A DNA stretch of 63,931 bases, counting the filler, from Intoshia linei (taxonomy: Eukaryota; Animalia; Orthonectida), in NCBI GenBank assembly GCA_001642005.1. It is 6 parts of 6 records of this genome, joined end to end, with 100 filler letters (N's around TTAATTAATTAA, not from the genome) between each part and the next. Parts side by side here need not be neighbours in the genome. Positions count along the whole stretch, not along the records: positions 25,917 to 50,591 come from LWCA01000527.1; positions 50,692 to 56,590 come from LWCA01001729.1; 4 more parts are not named here. One strand, 5' to 3'. The translations under genes and the position numbers were made by a program. The notes beneath the pieces were generated by a model, which had not been told where the DNA came from, did not search any database, and saw only the letters and a program-made list of their open reading frames with translations. This document shows positions 40,601-55,003 of the stretch, in pieces (positions within the stretch are counted from its first letter, which is position 1; each line of letters starts with the position of its first letter).

Positions 40601-43600
40601 CATTTCATTCAAACTTTTCCAAATTAATATACATTAACATTGATTATATAAAACTAGAGTCTATTCATAGGTACAACTTGTACCATAAAAGACATTATTT
40701 TGAAATCAGAGCTTTTAGAATCTAGCCGTGATCAACCTTTTCTTTAAAATTAAATGGCAGCACATTAAATTAAAAATAAAAATCGATTAAATATTAAATA
40801 TTTAATATTTTCGCATTTTGATTTTTATGTAGGTACATTAAAAATTTCTTAAAACTAAAAATTTTAATACCTACCTTTAATTTATAAATTAAATTGTTAA
40901 CAATGTTTTTTAAAGTTTAATAAAAAAGTCGAACTAAATCTATAGTTTTGTCTAGCATTAAATCGAAAGTTAGCAACCTATCTTAAGTTAAAATTTTTAC
41001 CCCATTGAGACTCTCATAATGCATTTATGGGTCAATTACATATAAGCATTAATAGACTGTTATCATATCGGTTTTAAATTATTACATTTATTTTCATTTT
41101 GTTTCAGTGCAAGATCTGAACCCACGGTACCTAGAACCGTTAGGTCCTCAATATATAAAAATTATATTTTTGAATATATCAACTATAGCAACTATTTTGA
41201 GTGTCAAATTTAAACTGTAAGCCCGGAGGTGTGGAGAGGTGTTGATGGAAATATCATATATGATATGCTATCACGATCGTTTATATAATAACCTGAACCT
41301 CTAAAAAATATCATGATTTTACAAAAGTAACCAAGTGTGTTGAACAATTATTGAAATCCTTACTTATATGTAATGTAAAATGGTTAAACATGTATATCTG
41401 TTTGTTTTTGTTTGTTCCAGTTTATTTAATCAAGTAAGGGGATTTGAGTTTTACAAATTCCATATTTCTATAACAGTTTTTTTCAGAGTGACATTTTATC
41501 GCAAATTTCAATTTCAAAAATTGAGTCCTTCAAGGTTAAAAACCCAAATTGTCCTTTGTTTTCAAATTCAAACCCGTCCAAGAATTATAAAAAATATACA
41601 TTATAATAAAAAATTTTAAATTCATCAATATTATGATAATTTTCAATTTCAAAATCTAATATCTTCATGGCCAAAACCTAAATACCCTTTTTTGTAAAAA
41701 TTAAAAAAATCTTAGAATTTGATACAACATAAATTCTGGAATGGTTTTTAAATTCATAAGCATTATCATAAATGGTAACATCAAAAAAGGTTATATTCAC
41801 AGTCAAAACCCCAGATTACTCTTTTTTTAAAAATGAAAACGACCCTCGAATTTAAAAAACAATACAGATGATACAGATATATCCCGTTAACACACACCAA
41901 AAATATCAATCCGATAAAGTGATTCCTTCATGGTCAAAAAACAATTTAGTATTCATTTTTTTTAATTCGAAACTACATTTAACTTATTAAGTTTAACTTA
42001 AAAAAAATTAAAACAATTAACGGTCGTACAATTAAAAAAATATTATTATGATACAGCTTATTCCAGTTGATATAAATACAAAATTTTAACCCCAGAAATC
42101 TACGCAATCATGTTGAAAAATAATTTTTAATATATTATCAACTAGTATTTTTCAAATATTTCGATTAAAATAAAAATTGAAAATGCAAATATTGATCCTA
42201 CAATTTCAAAAAAAATGTACATCGAATGTCTACACATTTCCAATAAAAAAATATGGGTGAAAATCTATATTTTAAAACCAAAATACCTCTTCATTTAATC
42301 GATGACACAATAACATTTCCAATTCACTCCTAAAATAATATACATTAATTAATATTATATTAATATACATACATAATTTATTATTAACATACATAATTAT
42401 GCATATTGGTGTAATTAATTAATATAATTACAAATGTAACATGTAGAATACAACGATATTTAAAAAACTCATAAACACCAATCAACTGGAACTATGTTTC
42501 AATTTCAAATTAAATTTGATACATGGTCCCTGAATCTTGGGTAACATTATTTACTTTTTTAAAAATTTGTTTAATATACAATGTGTATTACACATTAAAA
42601 AAGTTGAAAACCACTGAATAAACCATATATTTTTACGATTTTAATAATAACGAAAATTAAGTGATTAGTAATACAAGCCAGTTTGGTGTATGTACAGATA
42701 TTATTATCAAAATAGAATACTACTACAATTAAAAAATACGTTATTTCTCCCAAGATGATGAGTTCAATAAAATCATTCAGTACAGATCCCTCTTTCTTTA
42801 ACTAAACATAAAAATGAACAAATTTCATTTTTCAAACAAATTATTTACTTTTCCAACATTTTATTATTTCACATTAAACATACATTAAAAGTTATACGTT
42901 TCAGAGTTTAATTTGTTTTACTGTGATTCTAAGCAGTCCAACTTTTAATGGAGAAAAAAATTTTACCTGCACGGTTACACATTTACGGCACGTTAGAACA
43001 CAATACAAATATATAGTATCTCATTACCTGGTTACGTATAAAAACTAAAAATATTAAAAATTACAATCTTTTCGTCCGCAAATTTATTCATATGAAGATC
43101 AACATTATCAAAAATATTTTCATATTTTGCCAAAATGTTTGACATTAACAAATCTACTCTCTAAAAAATTAAAAAATTCTCAACTAATAAAATAAACCTC
43201 CAGTAGAATGATTATTTTAGATATTTTTATAGACAACCACCTCAAAACATATTTTGAACTAGATATGAAAGATAAATCAAACTAAAAATATAGTAATCAA
43301 ATAACAGACATACGTTATAAATATTACAGTCAATTGATACAAAGTTGAATCAAAGACAACAGTTGCATCTGCAAAAGAGTGATCACAAGAAATGTTGAAT
43401 GAAATCAAATCAGAACACTAAAATTAGGATTAAAATTAAATTACCACAGTAAAGTAACAAAAATCTATATTATTAGTACATTAAAATCAAAGCACTGTGA
43501 AATGTCGATGGAATATAAAACGAACAAACCAAATGGAAGGAGTTTTATTATTCCATTCTCCAATCCAACAACCACTATATTGAAACTAGGATAAATATAT

Positions 43601-46600
43601 GACAAGTTATATAATTATAAAACCATTTTTCATAATCACCAAGTAAAATGTTGTAATAGTCGGTTTCTCTAAATATTTGTATATTATATACTAAAAAAAA
43701 TTATTGATAAAAATTACAATATACAAGAAAATTAGCACATGTATATGAAAAATATGCATACATTTTAGTATAAAAATTATCATCGTTTCCCAATGCATCA
43801 ACAAGTTGTTCGTGTATGTCATAATCTTTCTTTATATTTTCACAAAATACACCATCAAAACTATCATGATTTCCATTGCGCGCAGGTAACCAATCCAAAT
43901 AAGTAATTTCGGAATTAAGTGTACGATAAAATAACAATTTTCCTGAATCAACGTTTCGAAATTCTAAATCATTTTCACGGCCAATTCCAAACGCTACATG
44001 TATAATATTATTAAATATTACACAACTAAATTAACAAAAATTTCAGCTATTAATATAGAATAGTTAATATTCTTATTCTTACTTACTTATTCCATTGTTA
44101 TTGTTTCATATTTCATTTTTAAATTAAAATTATTATAAATTAATTAAAACTGTTAGCTTTAGTTCGTTCTTGAGTCAAGAACGACAAAGAATATGTGTCA
44201 AGATTTACTGAAATTTTTACAATTAATTAATTATTACTTAATTTTTAAAACAAATTCACGGGCGGTAGTTTCGGTAGTCACTGATTTAGTTATTTGGATA
44301 TTTCGAAAATATTACCACGACCATCTCTTCTCCAGCAGACTTTATTTATTTTGGATTTACAGTTTCCGACAATTTTCCATTGCAATTTGTTTGGCAAACA
44401 ATACAAACAAATCTAAAAATTTATAATAATATTTAATAAAAAATACCATTTCAAACACTCAGTGTAAAATCGATACATACCGATATTTTTATAAAAAATA
44501 CAATTTTACCAAATCTTTTGGGAAAAACCCCATTTTCAATATTTTTTTGAAAACCACGATTTTACCAAATTTATGAAAACAAACTTTTAATTTGTCATTT
44601 AATGTTTTATATTTCATGTTTCGTTTGGCATCAAAAAAAATATTTTGAAATGAGGTCCGTACACTATTTGAATCGGGAACCACTGGTTTAGAAGTAGTTT
44701 AAATCAGCCATTCGCAACCCTTTTTCGCTGTGGACCCCCAAAAAATTAATAACAATGACAATTTTTAATGAATCACTACATTTGGGTGAAACTAATGATG
44801 CTCAAAAGGCATGGAGTACTCTATTTTTGCGAGATGATAAACTTCATGAACTATTAATATTAACCATTAAACCGTCAATGTTCCCAAAATGGAACATGTT
44901 TTTCAGGTATTGTATACAGTACATTATTAATTGTTTACTACATTTTTTATCAGATCAATAAAAAGTATATATTATCTATCATCTCTGTAAAAAATTAATA
45001 TTTTATATCCCTTGGTTGATGTTTCATAGAATCATATATATTGATTGATTTTTTGTCCCATTTTCAATTTGAAATGTAAAGCTTTTTTTTATGACTAGAA
45101 ATTTTGCTCGGTCATCAATTTTAATAAAGTAATTAAATAAAACCGCTGCTCCTAAAATAGAACAATTGAGGTTTGCCAATAAGTTTTTACAATTGTAAGT
45201 AATTTAATTTACACAATTAATTCATTCATTATGTTAATACCAAAGAATTTACTTTTACATGGTTTGCACATTTTATATTAATATTTATGAGCCTTTTTTA
45301 TTCGTATAAAAAATAATCTGACCAGGAAAGAAAGAGTCTATATGATTACTATTTGTGCTCGAAATGTCTTCGTAGCTACGTGGAATTATAATGATGTTGA
45401 TGAAACATCATTATCATAAAATAAATGCATCCTTGGCCCAGCTAAAAACAAATCAATCTGGAGGGAAGAATACACAAATCTATTGGAAATTTTTACCTTA
45501 TTAATAAGACATGATGCAATTGGTCATATAAAACATTCAAAAACTACAATGAGTTGTCAATTCTGTAAAAAAACAAAAGAATCATTTCCTTTGAGTTCAA
45601 TTTATATTTATGAATAATACATTTTAACTTTCATTTTTTCGAGGAACCTCCAATGTTAATTGCGTTATTATCAATATTTATTAACGACCCAGAAAATAAA
45701 ATGAACTTTTGTTTTGAAAAAACGACTTTACGATTTGTGAACTTTTCGAACTATGAAAAAGTGACTTTACAAATGTATGTTTTTTAAATATGACGTTAGT
45801 TAAGAAAAAACGTCTTTATGTGACTTAAAATGTCTATAATATGTAATAAATGTAATAATTTTCATGGACCCCGTTGAGAATGCCTAGTTTAAATTACGTG
45901 CATGGTTTCCCGATAAATATAAAAATTATAATATAAATATAAACTTTTTCAAATTGAAATGTGAAATTTTTTTTAAATTCTATGATTATTTTCCAATGAT
46001 TTTTTAAAATTAAATTAAAAAAAAGGTAATTTGTGGTATTTACCATGAATATGTACATTAGGGTGTCACACTCATACAAGAATCAAGGATGGTTAGCGTG
46101 TAAATGGTGTATTTTAAGGAAAAACCAATTAATATACAATTAATAATTAATAAAAATTTAAAAAATAAATGTACATTGTACATTTTTGAGGCCGGTGATT
46201 TATCACAATGTTAGTGATTTTAAAACGTTTCCCCAAGTATGTTTTTTGTAATTTTAGAGCTGATTATATTTTTATAAAAAAGGACAAATTGGGTTTTTGA
46301 CCCTGAGAGGTCCGAAGTCGGAAACTGAAAAATAGATATAAACACGCCTGGGAAAAACTGTATTATAAAGTTCTTTTTTAAATTCTACGAATGTTAATTT
46401 TTTAAATATACGGTAACACACAGAAATTCCATTTTATATAAGTTATGAACAATGTCCATTGGACATTCATCAAAGTTAAACCATGATTATTTCTAATCCA
46501 TCAATTTAAAGTTTTTAAATATAAGTTTAAATTTCCCAACATACTATTCTGGGTAATATGAACTATTCAATCTGTCAACTCTGTAATGCAGAGTCTGCAT

Positions 46601-48809
46601 GCATTACTTGTGCAGCATGAGGACCTCATGATAAAATATCCAAAAAAGTGTTAAAAAAAAAACAACTATAATAAATTTGACGGTAACCATGTTACTACAC
46701 ACTTTTAATAAAAATTAAAAAATTGTGTACATACTAATTCTTAACGCAAATCTTAGTTTCAAAAAATAATAACCATGTCAAATAAATCAACTCTCTTGAA
46801 AAAGAAACCTTGCAGCCCAGACAACTCTATTCTCTACGTCGGCAATTTGACTTTAGACGTGACAGGAATGGATTTGGAACAATTATTTAACACATATGGT
46901 GAATTATCATCGGTTAGATTAGTTGTTCATCCAGAGTGTGACACACCCAATGTAAATCATGCTTACCTAAATTTTGTGGAAGCAACATGCGCTATGGAAG
47001 CAATGAAAAATTTAAACAATTGTTTTTTCAAAGGACAATATTTGAGAATCATGTTCAATTTTCGAAATCCTTTCAGAAGAAAAAATTCACAAAATAATAT
47101 TTATATCAGAAAATTGGATAAGAGTATCGACCAAAAAACTTTATTTCAAAAATTTTCTGATTTTGGACCCATCATGTCCTGTAAGATTCCATGTGATGAA
47201 AACGGTATATCATTAGGTTACGCTTATGTACATTTTAACAAGAAGAAGGATGCAAAAAAAGCGATTCTGGCATTAAATAAAACTGCATTGACAAAGGATG
47301 GTATGTCTATGGAAGTGATGGAATTTATTCCAAGGTATACACGAAATCAAATTTTTCAAATTAGAAATTTATTCGTTAAAAATTTTCCTACTGATTGGGA
47401 CCAAGAAGATTTAAGTAAAGAATTTTCATCTTTTGGTGAAATTAAATCATGCATAATTTTAAATAACACTAATTGTAACATTTATGACTCCAAAAAATAT
47501 GGTTTTGTTTGTTACAAGGAATCTAATCATGCACAAATTGCACTGAATGCATTGCATAATAAAAATATTGAATCGAGCGATAAAAAGATTTATAAACTTT
47601 ATGTTAGTATCGCATTAAACAAAAAGGATAGAGCTAATCAATTGGCAGATGAAAAGGAAAATAAAAAATTAAATTTGAATATAAAAAACAATGATAAAAA
47701 TCTGTACATTAAATATTTGGATGATAAAGTCGATGATGCACAATTAAAAAGTTTATTTTCCAAATATGGAAGCATAACTTCAGTTAAAGTTATGCGACAT
47801 GAAAATGGCATATCTAAAGGTTTCGGGTTTGTGTGTTTTTCTGAAAAAAGTGAGGCAAGTGCTGCTTTAACAAGTATGAAAGGAGTGAAAGTTTTTAGTA
47901 AACCACTATACATTGCTTTAAGTCAAAACAAAAATGAAAGAAAAGCAGCTCAAAATGAAATAAATAAATCTAGACAATTTCCAAATTCTAACAATTATTA
48001 TATTCCCGAACAATACTTGGTTCCTGCTAATCCAAATGAAGTACCTAAGGACTACGTTACAAATATGATGTATGCTCAAATGCAATATCATAATGCATTT
48101 TTAAGTCAATCTAACATACCTGGAATTATCAATAGTCATCAAAACAGCAATACTATGTACCAAATTAGGACGTATTTTGAGAAAAAGGGTGCATTCATGT
48201 TTAACATGTATATTAATGCTTCTAAAGCCAAAAGAAATGGAATTGTTGGAGAATTTATTTGTGAATTTTTGAAAACATTTTATTATTTTAAAGATACCAC
48301 TCGCATTGCAAGATTAAGTCAGTCCATTATTAAAGAATCTTCTCATTCAGAAAATAAAAATTTTTTTATATTAACTAATGGTTCTTTGGTATCTAAGGTA
48401 TAATTTAGATTTTTTTCTTTATATTTTTTTAGATTGGTTCCCATATAAACATTGTAATGTAATAAAGTTTATATTTAATATATTCGTTTTAATTTAAGTT
48501 ATAATTTACTTATTTCACTACATATCAACGTCAGAATGAATTAGTATTTTTTGACGATAAAATTTTTTGCTAATTTCAAGCCGATTTGGTATTCCGAATT
48601 AAGAAAATACGAAAAACAAAGATGTGTTTTTAATACATTCCAAAATTGTAAATAATAACAATAAATAAAATAACCTGATTATAACCATTGATAATCAATA
48701 CTACATCAGAAAAGGGAGAAAAATAAGCATTCTTAATATTTGCACAAATTTCAAAATTTTCTTTTTCAACATAAAAGTTTTCTAAATTTTGATAAAAATC
48801 ATCCTCCAT
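37619..48809 (-). CDS. ANAPC4: Anaphase-promoting complex subunit 4, divergent, many short exons; 3' end approximate
   Basis: Exon 1 (48809-48675) ...AYFSPFSDVVLIINGYNQ joins in phase 0 to exon 2 (44412-44316) ICLYCLPNKLQW...KVCWRRDGR, resembling Apc4 WSPKRDLIAL...LAWRPDGK; FNIVVVGLENGIIKLLPFGLF resembles LNILVLGGSSGFIELYAYGMF. Confidence 0.75.
41357..42270 (+). mobile_element. Helitron copy, 3' truncated, in an ANAPC4 intron
   Basis: A|TCCTTACTTATATG start; internal repeats as in the other copies. Confidence 0.8.
44750..45600 (+). pseudogene. Possible highly decayed piggyBac transposase
   Basis: Fragments LPISFYNCK, MITICARNVFV and SCQFCKK in piggyBac C-terminal order; many stops. Confidence 0.25.
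46775..48462 (+). CDS. PABPC: Divergent cytoplasmic-type poly(A)-binding protein (4 RRMs plus degenerate MLLE); probable 35-nt terminal intron 48398-48432
   Basis: LYVGNL, NIYIRKLDKSIDQKTL...SLGYAYVHF, NLFVKNF, NLYIKYLDDKVDD...SKGFGFVCF, SKPLYIALSQNKNERK. Confidence 0.9.
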
Positions 48810-49260
48810 TAAATTTTTTTAAATATAAATAATTTAAATATCTATAAAGTTAAGTTTATTTACAATATAAAGTATATTTTTCTAAAATTGAATTTATAAA
48901 TTAAAATTTGTAGTAAACTAATTTTATATTTTCATTTTATGTTGAAATTTTGGATTAATATTTTGATATGGATAATTTTTTATTTAAAGTTTAATATTCA
49001 ATCATCAAATAGATATCCAAAGTAGGAAAAGTCACAGCAGACCTTAGATTTGTTTGTTTCATCCATTTATTGGTAAATATTTATTCAATTTGTATACTTT
49101 ATTTTAATTATATAAACGTAATTGAAATTTGTTAACTTCTACCAAACTATCGTTATAATTATAATTAATTTACAAGTAATTTTTAATTGGACTTTGCACT
49201 CAAAAATCTTTTATTTACTAAAACTGTCAAATATTGAATTTACAAGTTAATTTTAGATAA
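48810..49260. promoter_or_regulatory. Probable bidirectional promoter between ANAPC4 and PPCDC
   Basis: Head-to-head start codons separated by 451 bp. Confidence 0.45.
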
Positions 49261-49989
49261 ATGGTTAATTTTCTTATTGGATGCACTGGAAGTGTTGCTG
49301 CGATAAGACTCGATGAAATTATTGCATCTATATGCAAAAATTTTATGAATCCACAGGTTAATTATTAATTTAATTTATTTTGGTTGATAACGGGAATTTT
49401 TGGGTAATTTAGAATAACTTGTAACAACAATACGGTTCACAAGTATGTTTTGGTTACAGTAGAGCCCTCACGGGAGGACTTTCCGATTATGATCTTCTGT
49501 ATATGTCATTTCACTTTTTTTGTATCGATTCATGATTAGCTCTAATTTGCAATTGCACAATCTAATTTTAGACTGTCTTACACATTATTAATGTGTAATT
49601 ATTAACACCACTGGTGACATTTTTGTATATTGGCATGGTAATTAAATTATTGATTGAAAAAATGTTAATCGGACCGGCCGTACTCGTTGTAGGGCTCTAC
49701 ATTACCTGGTATTATTTAAAATTTTATAGATCAAAATTATACTGACTAAATCGGCTCAATATTTTGTGCATTATCGGAATAATAAATTTTTGTATTTTAC
49801 AGATGAAGATGAATGGTCTGTAATATATTTTATGGAAATTTACAAAATGCAAATTTATAGACATGGAAAAAAAGAGGAGATCCAATTTTGCATATTAATT
49901 TAAGAGAATGGGCGGACATTTTTCTCATTTCACCTCTAGATTGTAATACCTTGGCTAAAATTTCACATGGTCTTTGCGATAATTTATTG
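49261..49989 (+). CDS. PPCDC: Phosphopantothenoylcysteine decarboxylase, first three exons (49261-49356, 49730-49819, 49861-49989); remainder not found
   Basis: LIGCTGSVAAI, TDEDEWS|TWKKRGDPILHINLREWADIFLISPLDCNTLAKISHGLCDNLL. Confidence 0.9.
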
Positions 49990-50008
49990 GTAACGTATTT
50001 ATATTATA

Positions 50009-50591
50009 CTAGGTTAACTGTTATGTACTACGTACAAACAGCACCTAGCTCTGCCGAGGGCACATTTTTATTATACCAAAAAAATAAATTCACGTTGAAA
50101 ATCCCATTTAAAAATCCTACTATTCACTATTATCAATCCTTTAAAGAAGTGGTTCCCAAATTTGTGTCAGATGGAACCATTATATCACATTACTTTTTAC
50201 TCTAAAGTGAATTATTCCATCTTAATTTTTTGTTGTTAATATTTAAAAATAAAGTAAAAACAGTTCTAAGAATATAACAGATCCTAAAAATTGATATAAA
50301 TAGCATAAATTCCAGAAAAAATAAAATTATTAAAACCTATTTTGTCATTTTTAATGTGATGATATATATTCAGTACCAATTTAATAAATACTTAGAAATA
50401 CCAATTATGAATCAATAATTAACTGAATCCTCACTTTATAAACAGATTTTAGTCGAATTTTATCCAATTTTCAAAGGATTGTAACAAATATAAAAATGTT
50501 ATTAACAAAGTTCTTTTAGTTTCGTTGTTTAGTTTTAATTTAAATTTTATTCAAAATGTTTTGAAAATGAGAATTTGAAATTTAAAAATTG
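50009..50591 (-). mobile_element. Helitron 3' portion in a PPCDC intron
   Basis: CTAG terminus at 50009 with hairpin; contains the same hAT-like fragment as the 29051 copy. Confidence 0.8.
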
Positions 50592-53500
50592 NNNNNNNNN
50601 NNNNNNNNNNNNNNNNNNNNNNNNNNNNNNNNNNNTTAATTAATTAANNNNNNNNNNNNNNNNNNNNNNNNNNNNNNNNNNNNNNNNNNNNTGTAAAATT
50701 GCTGGTCCAAAATTGAGTCAAAAATTTTAGGTTCACAAGAAATGTTAAATAATTTTATAAGTTGTTCATGTTTGCCATGCTTTATGTTTTGATTTTTTCT
50801 TGTTATTAATTGTAATAATCTACGCTTTATTGAATTCTTTGTAATTGTTTTAATTCGACATTTTTTCCATAAAAATATCAATTCATATGAAATTTTTCAT
50901 CATTTAAAAAATTGACCATTTTTAATAGACACATACGTTATTACACACTTTGAAGTATATGGTGTGACCATGGATTTTTTTTTGAACAGCCCTAACATAC
51001 ATACTTACAATGTACTCTATATGTAGTGGACCACTATATGCATTTATTTTGGAATAAAAAATAAACATTTAGTTCAAAGTAAACAATAAACAAGTTATTC
51101 GTTTGTAGTAGAATTCTGCATCGGATCGTGTTGAGGTGATATGTACGAACGAAACGAAAAATTTTTGTCCGAAACAACTAAAATTTAATCAAAAATTAAT
51201 TAAATTAAGTTAAAGAGTATTTAATTAAAAACTTAAAACACGAAATATAAAAAATTGTTTAAAATCATTAATCTGAACAATGAAAAAAACGGTTCTGAAA
51301 ATATGTTAACATAGATGAGGTATCATTTTAAAACAAAGTGTTATTTGTAGTTTTGACCATGAAAGTATGCGTTCTTGAGGCTGAGATTTACCACAATGTT
51401 AATATTTTTAAAATGCGTCTCAGAATGTATGTTTTTTTTAATTTTTGGGTTGATTTTATTATTAAAAAAATGGGCTAATTGGGTCGTTGACCGTGAAGGA
51501 CCCAAGAAACTTAGATATAAACATCACCTGCGAAAAATTGGGTTTTTTTAATTTTACAATAGTTAATTTTTTAACAAATAAACGAATAAACAAATTTAGT
51601 ACATACAATTTTATATAAGTAAAGGATTTGGACTCCTGCCATATAATATTAAATTTAAAAAATGCAAGACTTTCATCCTTAATTATATTAGTTTAAACTT
51701 ACATAAAAAGAATAACATTTCAAATTACCTTCAAAATAGAGAAAATATGTATTGATAATTGAAAATAAACTATCGTGAGAAATTATTTTTGTTTATAACG
51801 CATATTTGTTTTCTTAATTTCATTTATTATAAACGAAAATGTTGCCTCTGACATTTTCATTTATATTATTTACTGTATAAATGGACTAGTATAGATCTTT
51901 ACATAATAGCGCGATGATACTGATACCAAGCCAAAATGTACATTTTAAATTGTTTATATTTACATTAAATTCTGTCAGTCTGATGCCAAATACACAAGTT
52001 CTTGAATCGATTAATATCGATTAAAACTTATAAAATTTTGTCACCAAGATTTGCACTTTTTATTTGCTGAAATCTAGCCTAAACCCGTACTTTTACTGCG
52101 TTTAATTTTAGTTATTCTTCAATCAATATTTTATTGTTTGAATATTTTGAGAATTACAATGTTTATTAAATTTAATATAGGTGGTGATAAAACCTGTTTT
52201 CAGCTTTTTAAAATTAATGATGGTTTTGATATTTATCTTATTGGGAAATGTATATATTAATCTTTAGTTTTAAACTTGTTTGGCAATTTATTTATATTCA
52301 AAGTTTACTATAATATCAACATTGTTGTATTACATCAAAATAAACACCAATAAAATGTAATATAATACAACCTTTCCCAACTTCAACAATTAATTTAAGT
52401 CCATTTCTGCATGACAAAATTATCAGTTTAAAGCCAAATAAATGAACCTCTAAAATTAATCTTATCAATGACGGCAGTGTCATGCCAAGGTTGAATAAGG
52501 CTTTCAAAATTGGGTCGTCAAGGAAATTATATAATTTATTTTATCGTAGGCGTGTGTACGGTACGCCGATTTTTGCAAGGCACCGAAATTATTGCATTTC
52601 TCAAATTAGGACATCGGCTCATGAGGAGTATGATGCAAAATCAAAAAAGGTTTACTCCAAACGACTTAAATAATCATATTTTAATTATTATAAATATTTT
52701 TTAATGATACAGACCAAAACTTAATCGTAAATGGAAATTAATTCAATTGAAATCTGGGTCGATGCCAAGAAAAAAATATTTGGGTGCAAAAAATTGTGAA
52801 ATTTCCGGATTAACAACCAGTCAGCTCTAGACTTTAGGGTAATTGAAGATACGCATTTTGGATATTAATTTGTATCATACAATTATCCAACTTTAATGTT
52901 AATAATGATAATAATTAAAATTACCAGAGTTGTAATAGTTGGAAGTTGATAAATTTAATTTTATGTATTTTTATGCAATTCAATAAACTTTTAATAATAA
53001 TTTGTTTTCAAAACATTTTATTTGTGGCTACATTTTTATAAACAAGTTTTAGCACTATAGAATTTGTTATTATAATTTTACTCTAATGATGCCTTTTGTA
53101 TCAAACAAATTGTTTATGTAACCGTCTGCTATTTATAATAAATACACAATAACTCAGTACATTTAACATAATATTTCTTAGCTGGCGTTACGTAGACAAA
53201 TGCACTAGTCTATTGTAATTTTGTATTTCACGATATACCAATTCATTTTATTTTCATGTACATTTACATTTTACACAATTTATAACAATGATTTATCGAA
53301 TCCTACTTACCATGACATGGAAAATGTCCATTGGACATGTAATCCAATATATCAGTGTATCTTGAATGGGGTTCGAGAAAAAATTGGTTGAAAATCTGAT
53401 AGAATAATTATTTAAGATTTAAATCAGATAGCATTTAATATTTGCATTTATTTGACATTCCCTTACACAAAATAGATAATCAAAAACTAAAAAATTTATT

Positions 53501-54084
53501 CAAAAATATTGGAAGAAGTTTACCCTCGGAAACTTATTGTAAAAATAAAATTTGAATAAATTTAGTCAATTTGGAAATCAATTTATTCAAAACGTTACTA
53601 CTATTAATTGTTAAGAATACTTTGGTGTTTAATTTAGAAATAAATCAATGTATAACGGAATCTATTTGTAATTTAAAAGGTAAAGTGTGTAGGATAGTTA
53701 AAATTACAAGCGATAAAATCGATGTCAAAGAATTAGATAAAAAATGGTGAGAAGAGTGAATTGCAAAATATTGTAAATAACGCAGATACGGAGGAGTTAG
53801 AAAATAAGATAGACGGTTTTGAATTGCAGGTGGTGCCGAAACATAGTCAAGTTAGTATAAAATTAGCTAGTGTGTCTAACGGTTTCACATTGAGGGAAAA
53901 ATTTAGTTTTACCAACCCTAAAAAGAAAAATCCAGTTTTATCAACCTTTTAGGGAAAATTCCACTTTTACCAACTATTACATGCGATTTTAAAACACGCT
54001 TTTCATTTTGGATATTGATTTATATTGCTTTATGCAAACATGAAATTCCATTTGGTTTACAAAATTATTATTTTAGTTATTTAA

Positions 54085-54298
54085 CCCTTTCACTGTCTGA
54101 TGCAATTTTATGTACTATCACCACACGTCTGGAATTTATGTTTTAATTTAAACTTGTATTATTTTAAATTACCAATGTGAAAATATATAATATAAAAAAA
54201 TCAAGTTTTTCAAAAATATACACTGTATATCATAGAATACACAGACGTGTGAAGTGAAATTGCTGTGTATAGTATATAATAGACCGACAGTGAAAGGG
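54085..54298. mobile_element. piggyBac-type MITE, copy 2
   Basis: TTAA|CCCTTTCACTGTC ... GACAGTGAAAGGG|TTAA: perfect 13-bp TIR and TTAA TSD. Confidence 0.9.
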
Positions 54299-54399
54299 TT
54301 AAATTAAGACAAATTTTTTGCATTAGATAAATTTTATTACTAGGGCCATTTTTTTACTATATAAAAAATGAATAAAAAAATTCCCTCAATTCCCAATTC

Positions 54400-54717
54400 T
54401 CTCAAATTCCCAAACTCACATCTTACGGGTCAAAAACCCCAATTGTCCTTTTTCTTAAAAATCAAACAAGTTGGAGAATTAAAAAAATATATACGCTGAT
54501 ACGAATTTTAAAATCATAAACATTATCGTAAATTTAAATTAAAAAAGATTATATCTTCAGGGCCAAAACTACAAATTACCCCTTTTTTATGAAAACAGCC
54601 CTATAATTTAAAAAAAATTTACAGGTGGTACAGTTGTATCCTGTTAACACACATAAAATATTTCAATCCGAATCAGTGATGACTTCATGGTCAAAAAAGC
54701 ATTTTAGTATTCATATA
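54400..54717 (+). mobile_element. Internal Helitron fragment interrupted by a Tigger-like insertion
   Basis: Collinear with 29190-29495. Confidence 0.7.
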
Positions 54718-54990
54718 CAGTATTCTTCTCTATAACTCGCCAATTCTCTTACTCGCCATTTATTTTAAATAAAAAAAAATATAAAGTTTAAAAAAATATT
54801 TTAATTACAAATTATTTATTTTAAATAAGGTTGAAAAAGATCAATCTGTATATGATGCTTATAAAAAATTAACCTTAAGAGATACCATTATATTTGCGGA
54901 TCTATTCTGGAATAAAGTAACACAATCAACAATTTTGAATTGTTTTAAACATTTACATAATAATCAGAATGGGCATGTAAATTATGAAAA
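54718..54990 (+). mobile_element. Internally deleted pogo/Tigger-like element
   Basis: TA|CAGTATTCTTCTCTATAACTCG start; LTLRDTIIFADLFWNKVTQSTILNCFKH resembles the end of the Tigger DDE domain. Confidence 0.6.
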
Positions 54991-55003
54991 AATACCCTAT
55001 TAC

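Noticed and set aside
45342-45420. VATWNY resembling the APC11/RBX1 N-terminus inside ANAPC4 intron 1
   Set aside because: Stop codon follows and there is no RING-H2 Cys/His pattern; a decayed transposase is more plausible.
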